Shown in pieces: positions 28,266-38,344 of a stretch of DNA of 64,000 nucleotides. Below the pieces are notes generated by a model. The model saw only the letters and a list, made by a program, of their open reading frames with translations. It was not told the origin of the DNA and made no database searches. The stretch's first letter is position 1. The number at the start of each line of letters is the position of its first letter. Source of the stretch: Candidatus Berkelbacteria bacterium (lineage in GTDB: Bacteria; Patescibacteriota; UBA1384; 2-12-FULL-50-11); contig CP066697.1 of NCBI GenBank assembly GCA_016432625.1, positions 458,561-522,560 on the forward strand. The letters are read 5' to 3'. Both the position numbers and the translations under genes were made by a program.

Positions 28266-28477
28266 CTTGCAAGCCCTAACAATTGGTCCTCAATCTAAAA
28301 TAAAGGGAATCTGCCTTTGGGGCGGTTGTGGCTGATTAGCCACAACCGGTCGCGTTTGTCGTTCGCGACAAACCGTAGGATACCCACTTCTCCCGTAGTC
28401 GTGGCCGGGTGTAAAACTGGGCGCGACCGAATGTGGGGACTAAGAAGATGGGTGCCAATTTGTTAGTGGCTTGCAAG
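28266..28477 (+). ncRNA. Candidate ~210-nt structured element abutting tRNA-Pro
   Basis: Closing stem CTTGCAAGCC/GGCTTGCAAG continued by CTAACAA/TTGTTAG, with internal perfect hairpins; strand uncertain. Confidence 0.45.
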
Positions 28478-28481
28478 CAAA

Positions 28482-28554
28482 CGGGCTGTGGCGCAGTTGG
28501 TAGCGCGCATGCATGGGGTGCATGAGGTCGCTGGTTCAAGTCCAGTCAGCCCGA
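28482..28554 (+). tRNA. tRNA-Pro (GGG)
   Basis: CGGGCTG...CATGC-ATGGGGT-GCATG...GGTTCAAGTCC...CAGCCCGA. Confidence 0.95.
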
Positions 28555-28612
28555 CAAACAGGGTAACGGCTTTGACTTCAGGGGTTTTTCTGATACATAC
28601 AGATTGGCGCCT

Positions 28613-30511
28613 ATGGAGACAATTCAACCAAACTACGACACTATTAAAATCGGTCGGCACGATCGCTTAGTCGATCGGTACGCTGAGAGCGAAGTCCACG
28701 CCTTGGAGAGCAAGGGACAAAACTGTGTGATCGCCGTGACGGTCGAGATTGATAACCCCTGGCATCACGCCCGTGAGTACGGCCGTCAAATTATCACCGC
28801 ATTAGTGCGAGAATTCGTCCGAGCTGAAAGTTCTTCTAATTTAATTCGTTTCGAGCAGTCGCTGAAGGCAACGAACAGTATAATCAAGCAAGCCAAAGAA
28901 AAGCTAAACGTCCCGGTAAACTGTGTTGTCGCCCTGCTAATCAACGAGGAAGTCCATTTTGCTGTTGCAGGCAACAATAAATTGCTCCTGTGGCGAAACG
29001 GCGACGTGACCGATGCCACAAGCGGCGGCTTGGAGACTGAAGAGCAGTTCTCAAGTGTTACTAGCGGTGACCTCAATGAGGGTGAATGGTTGATGCTTGC
29101 TAATAAACCACTCTCTCATTTTCTCGAAAATAACGAGCAAGAAATCTGGTCCGACGACGACTCGGAGGCAATAAGCGCAGCGATTGTTGAGTTATCACCT
29201 GTCGGAGAACGAGAGAGCTTTACGGGCATTCTGCTGCGTTATGCGCCTGGCAAACTGCACCGCGAGCTTTCTGTCATGTGGGATACACTGGAGCATCTTA
29301 CGCCGATTAAGTTACCGCGATTTAAATTTCCTAACTTACCGCTCAGCGATACGGCCGCCGTTGTAGCTGGCTCGTCTCGCGCCTCGTGGGAATTTGTTAA
29401 AAAACTTATCAGCAAGATTAAAGAGCGAGGGAGCAAAAGAGCAGAGAACTCTTCGTTTGACTTGGGGAGCAACGGGTTCAAGCTGCCACGGCTATCATTA
29501 CCGAAGTTTAATATCCGCTCGCGCATTCAAATAATCGCTGCCGTAATCCTGGTGGCTCTAATTATCGTTGGGGTGCGGACGATTGTTTCCCGCGTGAACT
29601 CGACGAAAGAAGAACAAAAAGCGCCCAATCTGGCAGAGCAACTTGTCGCAACGCCAGTTGGTCAGCGTATCTTGTTCTTAAACGACAGATTCTCACTCGA
29701 AGAGTACAACGCTCTAAGTGGCGACCAAAAACAAACTTTCGCCCAAGCATTAGCAGCCGAGAGTGTCTCGCCGCTGATATTGAACGATCTAGTGAGCGAG
29801 CTCGAGACACCAGTTAAGGCTATCGATAGCCTTAACGACGTTCTAGCTGTGGTCGATACCTCCGGGCAGGTGTGGCTAATTAAAGAAGGACAGGCAATTA
29901 AGGTTGAGCAGACCGTAAAAATTGCCGACCCAATATCTATCGCCATTGTCGCTGAGGACCGGATACTTGTTAGCGATAAAACTGGCAACATTTGGCTTCT
30001 CGACGCTACTCCATCACAACCCCTAACACTGCCGTTACAAGCAGCGGTCTCTAGCGGGCCAAAATTACTGCAAAAATTCAACCGGAACGTTTATGTTTAC
30101 CACCAAGCATCTAACACTATTTATAGACAAGTTAACTTCGATAAAGACCTGAATGGTCTTAAGGCACTACTGAAAGACGACCTACTGACGCTGGCTTTGG
30201 CCGATTTCGCAATTAACGGCCGCGTTGTAGCACTTGACGTGAACGGCAAAGTATCTAGTTTTGCTGCCGGCAAGCTCGAAAGCCAACAGCTCACCGTGCC
30301 CGTTCAGGAGGGGGCGCACCTAACGAGCGTCGAGACAAACAGCAAAATTTTCGTACTCTCTGGCGGCGTGCTGTACATCGCTGACGACAAAGGGGTTTTG
30401 CAGCAATCTATCTTCCCGCTGGTAGATTCGGTAGAGGATATTGTTCTTGACGGGTCAGGCAAAACGCTCTGGCTCGCGACAGGTAAAAAAATCTATCGCT
30501 TTACGATTTAG
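28613..30511 (+). CDS. Bitopic membrane protein with PP2C-like N-domain and beta-propeller-like C-domain
   Basis: Long ORF; N-terminal VHFAVAGN...SGDL..GEWLML resembles a PP2C-like fold; central TM helix; NHL/propeller-like repeats (VVDTSGQVW, VSDKTGNIW). Confidence 0.7.
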   Translation: METIQPNYDTIKIGRHDRLVDRYAESEVHALESKGQNCVIAVTVEIDNPWHHAREYGRQIITALVREFVRAESSSNLIRFEQSLKATNSIIKQAKEKLNVPVNCVVALLINEEVHFAVAGNNKLLLWRNGDVTDATSGGLETEEQFSSVTSGDLNEGEWLMLANKPLSHFLENNEQEIWSDDDSEAISAAIVELSPVGERESFTGILLRYAPGKLHRELSVMWDTLEHLTPIKLPRFKFPNLPLSDTAAVVAGSSRASWEFVKKLISKIKERGSKRAENSSFDLGSNGFKLPRLSLPKFNIRSRIQIIAAVILVALIIVGVRTIVSRVNSTKEEQKAPNLAEQLVATPVGQRILFLNDRFSLEEYNALSGDQKQTFAQALAAESVSPLILNDLVSELETPVKAIDSLNDVLAVVDTSGQVWLIKEGQAIKVEQTVKIADPISIAIVAEDRILVSDKTGNIWLLDATPSQPLTLPLQAAVSSGPKLLQKFNRNVYVYHQASNTIYRQVNFDKDLNGLKALLKDDLLTLALADFAINGRVVALDVNGKVSSFAAGKLESQQLTVPVQEGAHLTSVETNSKIFVLSGGVLYIADDKGVLQQSIFPLVDSVEDIVLDGSGKTLWLATGKKIYRFTI

Positions 30512-32111
30512 GCGATTCGTCACGCACCATTCTGGACGGAGCGCTGATACCAATGAGGTCGAGAGTTTTTTTGATAGTTAAACTGGTCGCTTTTAAAATC
30601 GCCAGCCTAGACTGAGCAATCAAAGGCTCCTCGCCTTGAACCCGTAGTCGCTCGTAAAAAGCGTGGAGATCTGTGGCTAACGCGGTGGCGTAGTGAGTCA
30701 GCTTGTGAACCTCTAAATCTCCAGCGATGTCCTCAACCAGATCTGGAAATCGTACGATCCGGAGCAACAGCTGGCGTTCTAATGGGTCGGTGATGATGAT
30801 TTTTTCGGGCACTTCGAACTCCTCGGTTTTAGAGAATTGGCGGAAGATTGAGCTGATCCTGGCGTAGGCATATTGGATGTAGAAAACCGGGTTTTGTGAC
30901 GAAGCGGAGCGAGCTAAATCTAGATCGAAATCAAGATGGCTGTCGACACTCCGGCTCAAGAAGAAAAAGCGAGCCACGTCCGGCCCCACTTGCTCGATAA
31001 GTTCATCGAGCGGCACGTATGTTCCGGCCCGTTTCGACATTTTAATTTCCTTACCCTTTTCAATCAGCTTCACAATTTGGGTGATGACCCAATCGACTTT
31101 ACCTGCCCAGGTGTAATGGCTGCGGAGAATCCCCTCGATAATCATGTTCATTTGCCGGGCGTAGGTGTGGTGGTCGGCGCCAAGTACCGTTATAAGGCGA
31201 TGATAGCCCCGAGCAATTTTATAGTTATGGTAAGCAATATCAGAAGCAAAGTAGGTGTCCTCGCCATCCGATTTAGTCAGTACCCGATCTTTGTCATCAC
31301 CGAACCGCGTCGTCGAAATCCAGGTCGCTCCCTCCGCCTCATAGGTGAAGCCGTGCAGCTTAAGAAGCTCCATGGTCTTCTTGAAAACCCCGGTCTGGTA
31401 GAGCGAAGCTTCTGAAAAGAACTGATGAAAATCAATACCTAAGCCACGCAACGTTGGCTTAATCATCTCCTCCATGATAATCATGGCTGCCTTCTCGCCA
31501 GCTGCCCGGTCATTACCATCTTTAATTCTTTTGCGGAGCTCCTCGACGTAAATGCCCGAATACTGCTTCTCAGGATCTTTAGGATTCAAAATTGAATGGC
31601 CAAGAGCATCGACTTGGACGCCGCGATCGTTAACGTAATACTCGCGCATCACCGTGCACCCATAAAGTTCGAGGACTTTAGCAATAGACTCCCCAACAAA
31701 TGCACCCCGCCCATTGGCAAGCGTTAACGGGCCGGTCGGATTGGCGGAAACAAATTCCAAGAGTACCCGAATCTCCTTGCCAAGATCGCTACGGCCAAAT
31801 GCCTCAGGGCGCCTGATAACCTCCTTCACTACTTCCGTCAGGTACTCATCAGTTACCGTGACGTTAATAAAGCCTGGCGTTGTGACAGAGACGGCCTTAA
31901 ATATCTCGGTACTTTCTAGTTCCTGGACGATTCTCTGCGCCACCTGCATCGGCGATGACTGTAAGTCAGTGGCTGAAACCATAGCGACGTTGCTAGAAAA
32001 ATCTCCAAACATACGATGCCGTGAGAATTCGATGTCAAACTTTGGCGGTTCCTGATTAAAGGCCTTAACAAAAGCTCTCCGCACAACTTGGTGGACCTGC
32101 CCGATGATCAT
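30501..32111 (-). CDS. argS: Arginine--tRNA ligase
   Basis: GDFSSNVAM, EFVSANPTGPL, KMSKRAG, YIQYAYARI. Confidence 0.97.
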   Translation of the reverse strand: MIIGQVHQVVRRAFVKAFNQEPPKFDIEFSRHRMFGDFSSNVAMVSATDLQSSPMQVAQRIVQELESTEIFKAVSVTTPGFINVTVTDEYLTEVVKEVIRRPEAFGRSDLGKEIRVLLEFVSANPTGPLTLANGRGAFVGESIAKVLELYGCTVMREYYVNDRGVQVDALGHSILNPKDPEKQYSGIYVEELRKRIKDGNDRAAGEKAAMIIMEEMIKPTLRGLGIDFHQFFSEASLYQTGVFKKTMELLKLHGFTYEAEGATWISTTRFGDDKDRVLTKSDGEDTYFASDIAYHNYKIARGYHRLITVLGADHHTYARQMNMIIEGILRSHYTWAGKVDWVITQIVKLIEKGKEIKMSKRAGTYVPLDELIEQVGPDVARFFFLSRSVDSHLDFDLDLARSASSQNPVFYIQYAYARISSIFRQFSKTEEFEVPEKIIITDPLERQLLLRIVRFPDLVEDIAGDLEVHKLTHYATALATDLHAFYERLRVQGEEPLIAQSRLAILKATSLTIKKTLDLIGISAPSRMVRDESPKS

Positions 32112-32282
32112 ATTGAATCCGCTCTATACAAACAGAAAGATGAATCTGCCGTCACTAAGCCTTGTGAAATATTTATTAACAGATATGACATGAAAAATTT
32201 TCTCAATCCTTGCGGGAAAAGTGGAAATTCAAACAAATTGTAGCACTTTCAGCACTAATTTCTAATAACAACGTATCTTGGC

Positions 32283-32819
32283 CTAGTCGCCGACGAAGTA
32301 GTTGTAGGTATTAGGATCTTGGCAGTTATCGTAAGCCGCGCCGCCGAATGTTTCCGTCCAGGTTACGCCGCCACGGCAGTTTTCTTGCCTCTGGCTTGAA
32401 GATAGCGTCTTTTCCAAACGAGCCTTTAGTCGGAAGTGCTTACCGATCACATCAGACTCATTTGACAGGTTAAACTGGTAAGGGAAGCTGCCGTCTTTTG
32501 GCTCTTTTGGGATAGTCGCCAGAAATTCACTGAAGGCGCCGCAATCGTCAGTGTAACCCTCAAGTTCAGAGACGGGATGCCATTCGTTGGCGTTCTGAAC
32601 ATCTTCAAAGCCTGGGTAGCGGTTACGGGAAGCAGCAGGGCAGGTCTTGGCCTCGTATCGCGCCTTGAATGTTACGGCTAAAGCCGTTAGATCTGAGCGT
32701 CGAGCCGCGTCACGTGCCTGCCGCTGAGCCTGGCTAATCACATAGAAGGTCAGCGAGGCCAAGGTGCCGATGACAGCAATGACCGTTAGTGATTCGATTA
32801 AGGTAAATCCCCTCTTCAT
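32283..32819 (-). CDS. Orphan type IV pilin-like protein
   Basis: MKRG/FTLIESLTVIAVIG and ARDAARRSD. Confidence 0.88.
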   Translation of the reverse strand: MKRGFTLIESLTVIAVIGTLASLTFYVISQAQRQARDAARRSDLTALAVTFKARYEAKTCPAASRNRYPGFEDVQNANEWHPVSELEGYTDDCGAFSEFLATIPKEPKDGSFPYQFNLSNESDVIGKHFRLKARLEKTLSSSQRQENCRGGVTWTETFGGAAYDNCQDPNTYNYFVGD

Positions 32820-32828
32820 ATTTAAATA

Positions 32829-34019
32829 TTAGGCCTCTTTAACCAACTCGTAAAACCGGTGCTTGCCAATTTGTAGCCGATGAGTAGCGCCGGAAACGTC
32901 CACCGTTAGATTAGCGTCGGCAACAACCTGGCCATCAAGTTTAACGCCGCCTTGGTCAATTAATCTTGCCGCTTCAGAGGCGCTGACACCCGACGCGTGC
33001 TTGACCGCTTCAAGAATCGTAATAGAAGTGACACCGCTAATAAGGACCTCGTTAGCTAGCTCCGAGACTACTTCGCCTTTACTGAAGGCTCTATCGAAAT
33101 TTTGCGCTGCCAGGTTAGCGACCTCCACACCATGATAAAGTTCAACAATTTTTTTAGCCACCGCTACCTTCTTGTCACGCGGGTGCTCTGGCAATCCCGA
33201 TCGCTCACTCTCGTTCATTAATGCTGCGAGCTCGGCGTAAGAATCTGTTAACTTGTCAGGGATACTCATTACTTTCCCGAACATCTCGTGAGGCGGTTCA
33301 GTCAGCCCGACATAGTTGCCGTAAGATTTGCTCATCTTACGCTCTCCGTCAACGCCGAGCAGCGGCTTAGTGACAACGATCTCCTGCGGTGTCTGGCCAA
33401 ATTTATTCTGAAGCTCTCGCCCCATTAACAAGTTAAGCCGTTGATCCCAGCCACCGATTTCGACGTCTGCTTCCATCTCAACGGAATCAATGCCTTGAGT
33501 AACTGGGTAAAATAGTTCGTGGAGTGCCAGGGGTTGATTGTTTTTAATCCGCTCAGAAAAATCCTCACGTTCTAATAATGTCTGCAGGCTTACCTGCGTC
33601 GCTATCTTAATAAAATCAGCGTACGACTTTTTAGAGAGCCACTCTGAATTGAACCTAACTTCGGTCTTTTCTGGATCGATAATGAGCTTGGCCTGACTAA
33701 TGTATGTTTCCATATTGGCCTTTATTTCGTCCTCGCTTAGCACTGGGCGCGTTGCGCTTCGCCCTGAGGGATCGCCGATCATCGTCGTAAAATCACCAAT
33801 TAACAAAACGGTATGGTGGCCTAGTTCTTGAAACTGCCGCAGTTTGCGTAAAGCGATCGCGTGTCCGAGATGAAGGTCGGGTGTTGTTGGATCGACACCG
33901 AATTTTACCTTAAGCGGTTTTCCCGCAGACAAGCGGCGACGTAAACTATCCTGGTCAATAATCTCTGCGACGCCGTAGGTAAAAACTTCTGATTCGAGAT
34001 TATTATCGTCTGAGGCCAT
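32829..34019 (-). CDS. tyrS: Tyrosine--tRNA ligase
   Basis: GVDPTTPDLHLGH, KMSKS and C-terminal S4 domain. Confidence 0.97.
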   Translation of the reverse strand: MASDDNNLESEVFTYGVAEIIDQDSLRRRLSAGKPLKVKFGVDPTTPDLHLGHAIALRKLRQFQELGHHTVLLIGDFTTMIGDPSGRSATRPVLSEDEIKANMETYISQAKLIIDPEKTEVRFNSEWLSKKSYADFIKIATQVSLQTLLEREDFSERIKNNQPLALHELFYPVTQGIDSVEMEADVEIGGWDQRLNLLMGRELQNKFGQTPQEIVVTKPLLGVDGERKMSKSYGNYVGLTEPPHEMFGKVMSIPDKLTDSYAELAALMNESERSGLPEHPRDKKVAVAKKIVELYHGVEVANLAAQNFDRAFSKGEVVSELANEVLISGVTSITILEAVKHASGVSASEAARLIDQGGVKLDGQVVADANLTVDVSGATHRLQIGKHRFYELVKEA

Positions 34020-34186
34020 GACCGTCTTAGTATACCCATATCACCGACGGGATTGAAAATCCCTGTCGCAAACACGTCTCGCGACAATCACTGCAGTAGG
34101 TGTCCGCGACTTCACAACGCTCTATATCCCTGTAAAATTAATGCTGTCCATAGAACTGACTCATCAATGGTCCGTTCACAGACACC

Positions 34187-37027
34187 ATGAAGCTAAAAGT
34201 GCCAAAAATAAGTCTAAGGAATCCGTTCAAAAATCCGATCGGCCTAAAAAAGCTACACCAGAAGTTTTTCGGCAAAAAAAGCCGGCGTTTCAGCTGGAAG
34301 CAAGCCGGCATCGTCGCTTTATGGGGCGCGGGGATATTTGTGCTCATCGCGATATTCCTGTTCGCATGGTTTGCCAAAGATTTACCGACGCCGAATAAGA
34401 TTCGAGACCTAGTTTCCGTCGGCTCAACACGGCTCTACGACCGGAATATGAAACCGCTTTATACGATTTCCGGCGATAAAAAACGGATTCTAATCGAGAA
34501 CAAAGACATACCCGAAGTCGCGAAACAAGCGACAATCGCCCTAGAAGATCGCGATTTTTATAAGCACGTCGGTCTAGATTTCACAGGGATATTGCGAGCG
34601 GTCTTTGTTGATATCGCCAGGCGAGATCTGAGCCAAGGCGGTTCAACACTGACTCAGCAGCTCGCTAAGAACGCCATCTTAACAAGAGAGAAAAGCTTTG
34701 TTCGTAAGATTAAGGAAGCAATTTTAGCGATCGAGATGGAAGTACTGTTTTCCAAAGAAGAGATTCTGACGATGTACTTTAATCAAATGCCGTACGGCGG
34801 CACCAACTACGGGATCGAAGCAGCAAGTCGTTCGTTCTTCAACAAATCCGCCAAGGACTTAACCCTCGACGAAGCTGCCACCTTAGCCGCACTGTTGCAA
34901 CGACCAAGCAGTTTGTCTCCATACGGACCAAATGTTGATCAATTAATTGACCGGAGAAATTACACGCTCGACGCGATGGTCGGGATGTCGTTCATCACCA
35001 AAGAGCAGGCAGAAGAAGCTAAGAAAGTGACACCAAAATTCGCTGCCCGCAAGGACTCGATAACTGCGCCGCATTTTGTCCAGTTTGTTCAAGATTGGTT
35101 GGTGGAGTATTTCACTAAAGAGTTAGGCGACAAACAGCTCGCTGAACAGAAGGTGGAAGAGGGCGGTTTAACTGTCGTGACAACCCTTGATCTAGATAAA
35201 CAGCTAATCGCTGAGGAAATCTTAAGTACAGCTAGCGAAAAGACGCTCAAACGAGCCGGCGCTTCAAACGCAGCGTTGGTCTCGATAGATCCAAAGCGCG
35301 GCGAGATCGTTTCAATGGTTGGTTCGGTTGACTACTTCCAAGAGCAATTCGGTAACTTCAACGTCGCTACAGCCGAACGCCAACCAGGTTCCTCATTTAA
35401 GCCGGTCGTTTACGCCGCAGCGTTCAAAGAAAAGTTCCATCCCGGCTACACAATTTTTGATCTGGAGACTGACTTCGGTAAGTACAAACCGCAAAACTAC
35501 GATGGCCACTCGCGCGGACCGCTAACAATCCGCCAGGCGCTTGGTAACTCCTTGAATGTTCCGGCCGTTAAAACTTTGGCGCTAATCGGCCTCGATAAGG
35601 CTCTGAACACTGCCCATGATATGGGGATAACTACTTTGAACGACAAGAATCGTTACGGTCTCTCCTTAGTGCTCGGCGGCGGCGAGGTAAAGCTTGTCGA
35701 TCTGACTACGGCTTACGGGGTGTTCGCCAATAACGGCACACTAATGCCAACAACGCCGATACTCAAAATAACTGACTCCCAAGGTAAAGAGATCTACAAC
35801 CATGAGGATCCAAAAGACGGCCGACAGGTTCTGGATCCAAAAATCGCCTACCAAGTTACCAGCATCTTGAGTGATACGGAGGCAAAAAAGCCAACCTTCT
35901 CAAGAGTAATGGGGTCTTTAACCTTGAATGGCCGGCCGGCTGCTTCGAAAACTGGCACAACCAACGCTTATCGCGACGCCTGGACGCTCGGTTATACCCC
36001 GCAGTTTGTCACCGGTGTTTGGGCAGGGAATAACGACAATAGCTCGATGAATAACGCCGGAGGCTCAATCGCCGCCGCACCGATTTGGGACGAGTATATG
36101 GAACGGATTCACAAAGACCTGCCAGTAGAACAGTTCAGTCGTCCCCAAGGCCTAGAGGAGATGGAAGTCGCTCGCTATTCTAGCCTTCTTCCAACTTCAG
36201 CAACCCAAGAAAAAGTTAAAGATTTGGTCGCGCCGTGGCAAAAACCGACCGAGCAAGATAGCGCCGTGGCAAAAATAAGAGTTTGCCGCGAAAACGGCTT
36301 ACTGGCTGACGAGAGCATCCCCGACAGTCTGACCGAAGACCGGATCTACGCGAATATCCACTCCGAAAAACCCAATGACCCACAATGGGAAGGGCCGGTC
36401 CAGGCTTGGGCGAGAGCCAACGGGTTTGTTAATACACCGCCGACAGGAAAGTGTCAGGTTGATGGCAGCGAACCAACGGTCAAAATCACTTCTCCTTCAA
36501 ACGGTAGTGGCGTTGGTGGCGTCTTTACGGTCGTAGCCTCAGCCTCGGCGCCTAGTGGCGTCAGGGCAGTTGATTTCTCAATTGACGGTAGTGTCTTCTT
36601 CACTGCTACCGAATCGCCGTACCAGGCCTCCTATAATGCGGCGAATTTAACGAGCGGTACCCACACTATCAATGTCCTAATGACAAGCAACAACGGATCG
36701 ACCCGTTCCGATCAGATAACTGTCACCGTCAGCAATGACACTACGGCACCGGGAGAGGTCACGAATTATGGCGGCTCCCAAAGCGGTTTGCCGTCAGGCT
36801 CGGTCAAACTAACCTGGATAAACCCTGGCGACGCCGACCTAAAAGCCGTCAAGATTTATACGTACCGCAACGGCGTGACCTTGGAACGAACAAATGAGGT
36901 TGGCGTACCAACTCAAACACTAACATTAACGGGGCTCACGCCTGGGATTTACAACTTCGTCGCTAAAACTCTCGACAACAGCGGTAACGAGTCGGCCGGA
37001 GTGACAATCATTCTCAACATCGTCTAA
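34187..37027 (+). CDS. Class A penicillin-binding protein with C-terminal Ig-like/FN3-like domains
   Basis: EDRDFYKH, GGSTLTQQ, SSFK, SLN and KTGT motifs, plus beta-sandwich tail. Confidence 0.95.
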   Translation: MKLKVPKISLRNPFKNPIGLKKLHQKFFGKKSRRFSWKQAGIVALWGAGIFVLIAIFLFAWFAKDLPTPNKIRDLVSVGSTRLYDRNMKPLYTISGDKKRILIENKDIPEVAKQATIALEDRDFYKHVGLDFTGILRAVFVDIARRDLSQGGSTLTQQLAKNAILTREKSFVRKIKEAILAIEMEVLFSKEEILTMYFNQMPYGGTNYGIEAASRSFFNKSAKDLTLDEAATLAALLQRPSSLSPYGPNVDQLIDRRNYTLDAMVGMSFITKEQAEEAKKVTPKFAARKDSITAPHFVQFVQDWLVEYFTKELGDKQLAEQKVEEGGLTVVTTLDLDKQLIAEEILSTASEKTLKRAGASNAALVSIDPKRGEIVSMVGSVDYFQEQFGNFNVATAERQPGSSFKPVVYAAAFKEKFHPGYTIFDLETDFGKYKPQNYDGHSRGPLTIRQALGNSLNVPAVKTLALIGLDKALNTAHDMGITTLNDKNRYGLSLVLGGGEVKLVDLTTAYGVFANNGTLMPTTPILKITDSQGKEIYNHEDPKDGRQVLDPKIAYQVTSILSDTEAKKPTFSRVMGSLTLNGRPAASKTGTTNAYRDAWTLGYTPQFVTGVWAGNNDNSSMNNAGGSIAAAPIWDEYMERIHKDLPVEQFSRPQGLEEMEVARYSSLLPTSATQEKVKDLVAPWQKPTEQDSAVAKIRVCRENGLLADESIPDSLTEDRIYANIHSEKPNDPQWEGPVQAWARANGFVNTPPTGKCQVDGSEPTVKITSPSNGSGVGGVFTVVASASAPSGVRAVDFSIDGSVFFTATESPYQASYNAANLTSGTHTINVLMTSNNGSTRSDQITVTVSNDTTAPGEVTNYGGSQSGLPSGSVKLTWINPGDADLKAVKIYTYRNGVTLERTNEVGVPTQTLTLTGLTPGIYNFVAKTLDNSGNESAGVTIILNIV

Positions 37028-37037
37028 AAGTAAACGT

Positions 37038-38342
37038 CTAGCGCTTAGCCTCAAACAAATTTGGTAATTGCTGGATAGTCTTAATCTCTTTTCCGAGCAC
37101 GTATTTTAATCGATCGACCTCTTTAGCTCGTTGCGAATGATTAACTGGTCGTCGAATTTCTCCAAGCAAGCCGACTTCTCCGACTAACGCCAGGCGCGGC
37201 GGAATGGCCCTCTGTGTGATTCCTGAAGCGATGGCTGCCGCAATCGCTAGGTCGATGCCCGTATCTTTGACAGTAAAACCGCCGACCACATTAACGTAGA
37301 TATCGTACTGGCTAGTAGGTAGTCCGAGACGGTTTTCGAGCACCGCGACCAAGAGGTTGAGACGCCCTAGATCAATCCCCTGTGCCGTGCGCTTTGGATA
37401 ACCGAACGCTGTCTTAGTAACCAAGGCCTGAATTTCGATAAGGAAAGCGCGTGAGCCTTCTAAGGTCACGCTGATTGCCCGGCCGGGAATGTCTGGCGTG
37501 ACAATGCTTGCAAAGAGTTTGCCTGGATCTTCGACTGGCTCAAAGCCCACGCCAGTTAGTTGCCAGATCCCAACTTCATCGGTAGAACCAAAGCGATTCT
37601 TCTCACAACGCAAAACCCGCAATCCCGTTTGCTTCTCACCCTCGAGGTACATCACTACATCCACCAGGTGCTCCAAGACCTTTGGACCGGCGATGACACC
37701 CTCTTTAGTAACGTGCCCCACGAGCAAGATCGCGATACCTTCTTGTTTGGCAAATTGCTGTAAACGCCAACAGTTCTCCCGCACCTGAACCATAGAGCCG
37801 GGCGTGCCAGGAATAGCGTCGTCGTATACCGTTTGGATTGAATCAATAATTGCAAAACTTGGCCTGGTTTCGACTAGTGTGCGCATGATACTCGGCAGCC
37901 GACGTTCGGCAGAAATTTTCAGTTCACTTTTAGCAAGACCCAGTCGAACTGCGCGCAAACGAAGCTGCTCTAAAGACTCTTCGGCCGAAAAGTACAACGC
38001 CCCAGTGACCGAATGCGCCACCTGTAGAAGTAGCGTGCTCTTACCCACGCCGGGATTGCCCGCCAAAAGTATGATCGATCCTTTGACGATTCCCGGATCA
38101 CTCGAACCGAGCACGCGGTCAAATTCGTCAGAGTTGGTGTGGAGACGTTGCGCCGTAGCCTTGGGTAGATTTTTAATACTAACCAGCTCGGCAGTGGGAG
38201 CATTAGCGGTTTGCTCGGTAGTCGCGTCGACTTGTTGCTCAACGATCGTATTCCACTCTCCACAGTTTGGGCAACGACCACTCCAGCGATTTACCTGCTG
38301 CTGACAACTTAAACAAACGAATAGTGTTCTAGACTTTGCCAT
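37038..38342 (-). CDS. radA: DNA repair protein RadA/Sms
   Basis: C4 zinc finger, GNPGVGKST, KNRFG and Lon-like C-terminus. Confidence 0.97.
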   Translation of the reverse strand: MAKSRTLFVCLSCQQQVNRWSGRCPNCGEWNTIVEQQVDATTEQTANAPTAELVSIKNLPKATAQRLHTNSDEFDRVLGSSDPGIVKGSIILLAGNPGVGKSTLLLQVAHSVTGALYFSAEESLEQLRLRAVRLGLAKSELKISAERRLPSIMRTLVETRPSFAIIDSIQTVYDDAIPGTPGSMVQVRENCWRLQQFAKQEGIAILLVGHVTKEGVIAGPKVLEHLVDVVMYLEGEKQTGLRVLRCEKNRFGSTDEVGIWQLTGVGFEPVEDPGKLFASIVTPDIPGRAISVTLEGSRAFLIEIQALVTKTAFGYPKRTAQGIDLGRLNLLVAVLENRLGLPTSQYDIYVNVVGGFTVKDTGIDLAIAAAIASGITQRAIPPRLALVGEVGLLGEIRRPVNHSQRAKEVDRLKYVLGKEIKTIQQLPNLFEAKR

Positions 38343-38344
38343 TT

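Noticed and set aside
30936-31415. Antisense ORFs of 150-200 aa (also 20152-20718, 38661-39257, 53310-53867)
   Set aside because: They lie fully opposite better-supported genes and lack motifs or start signals.
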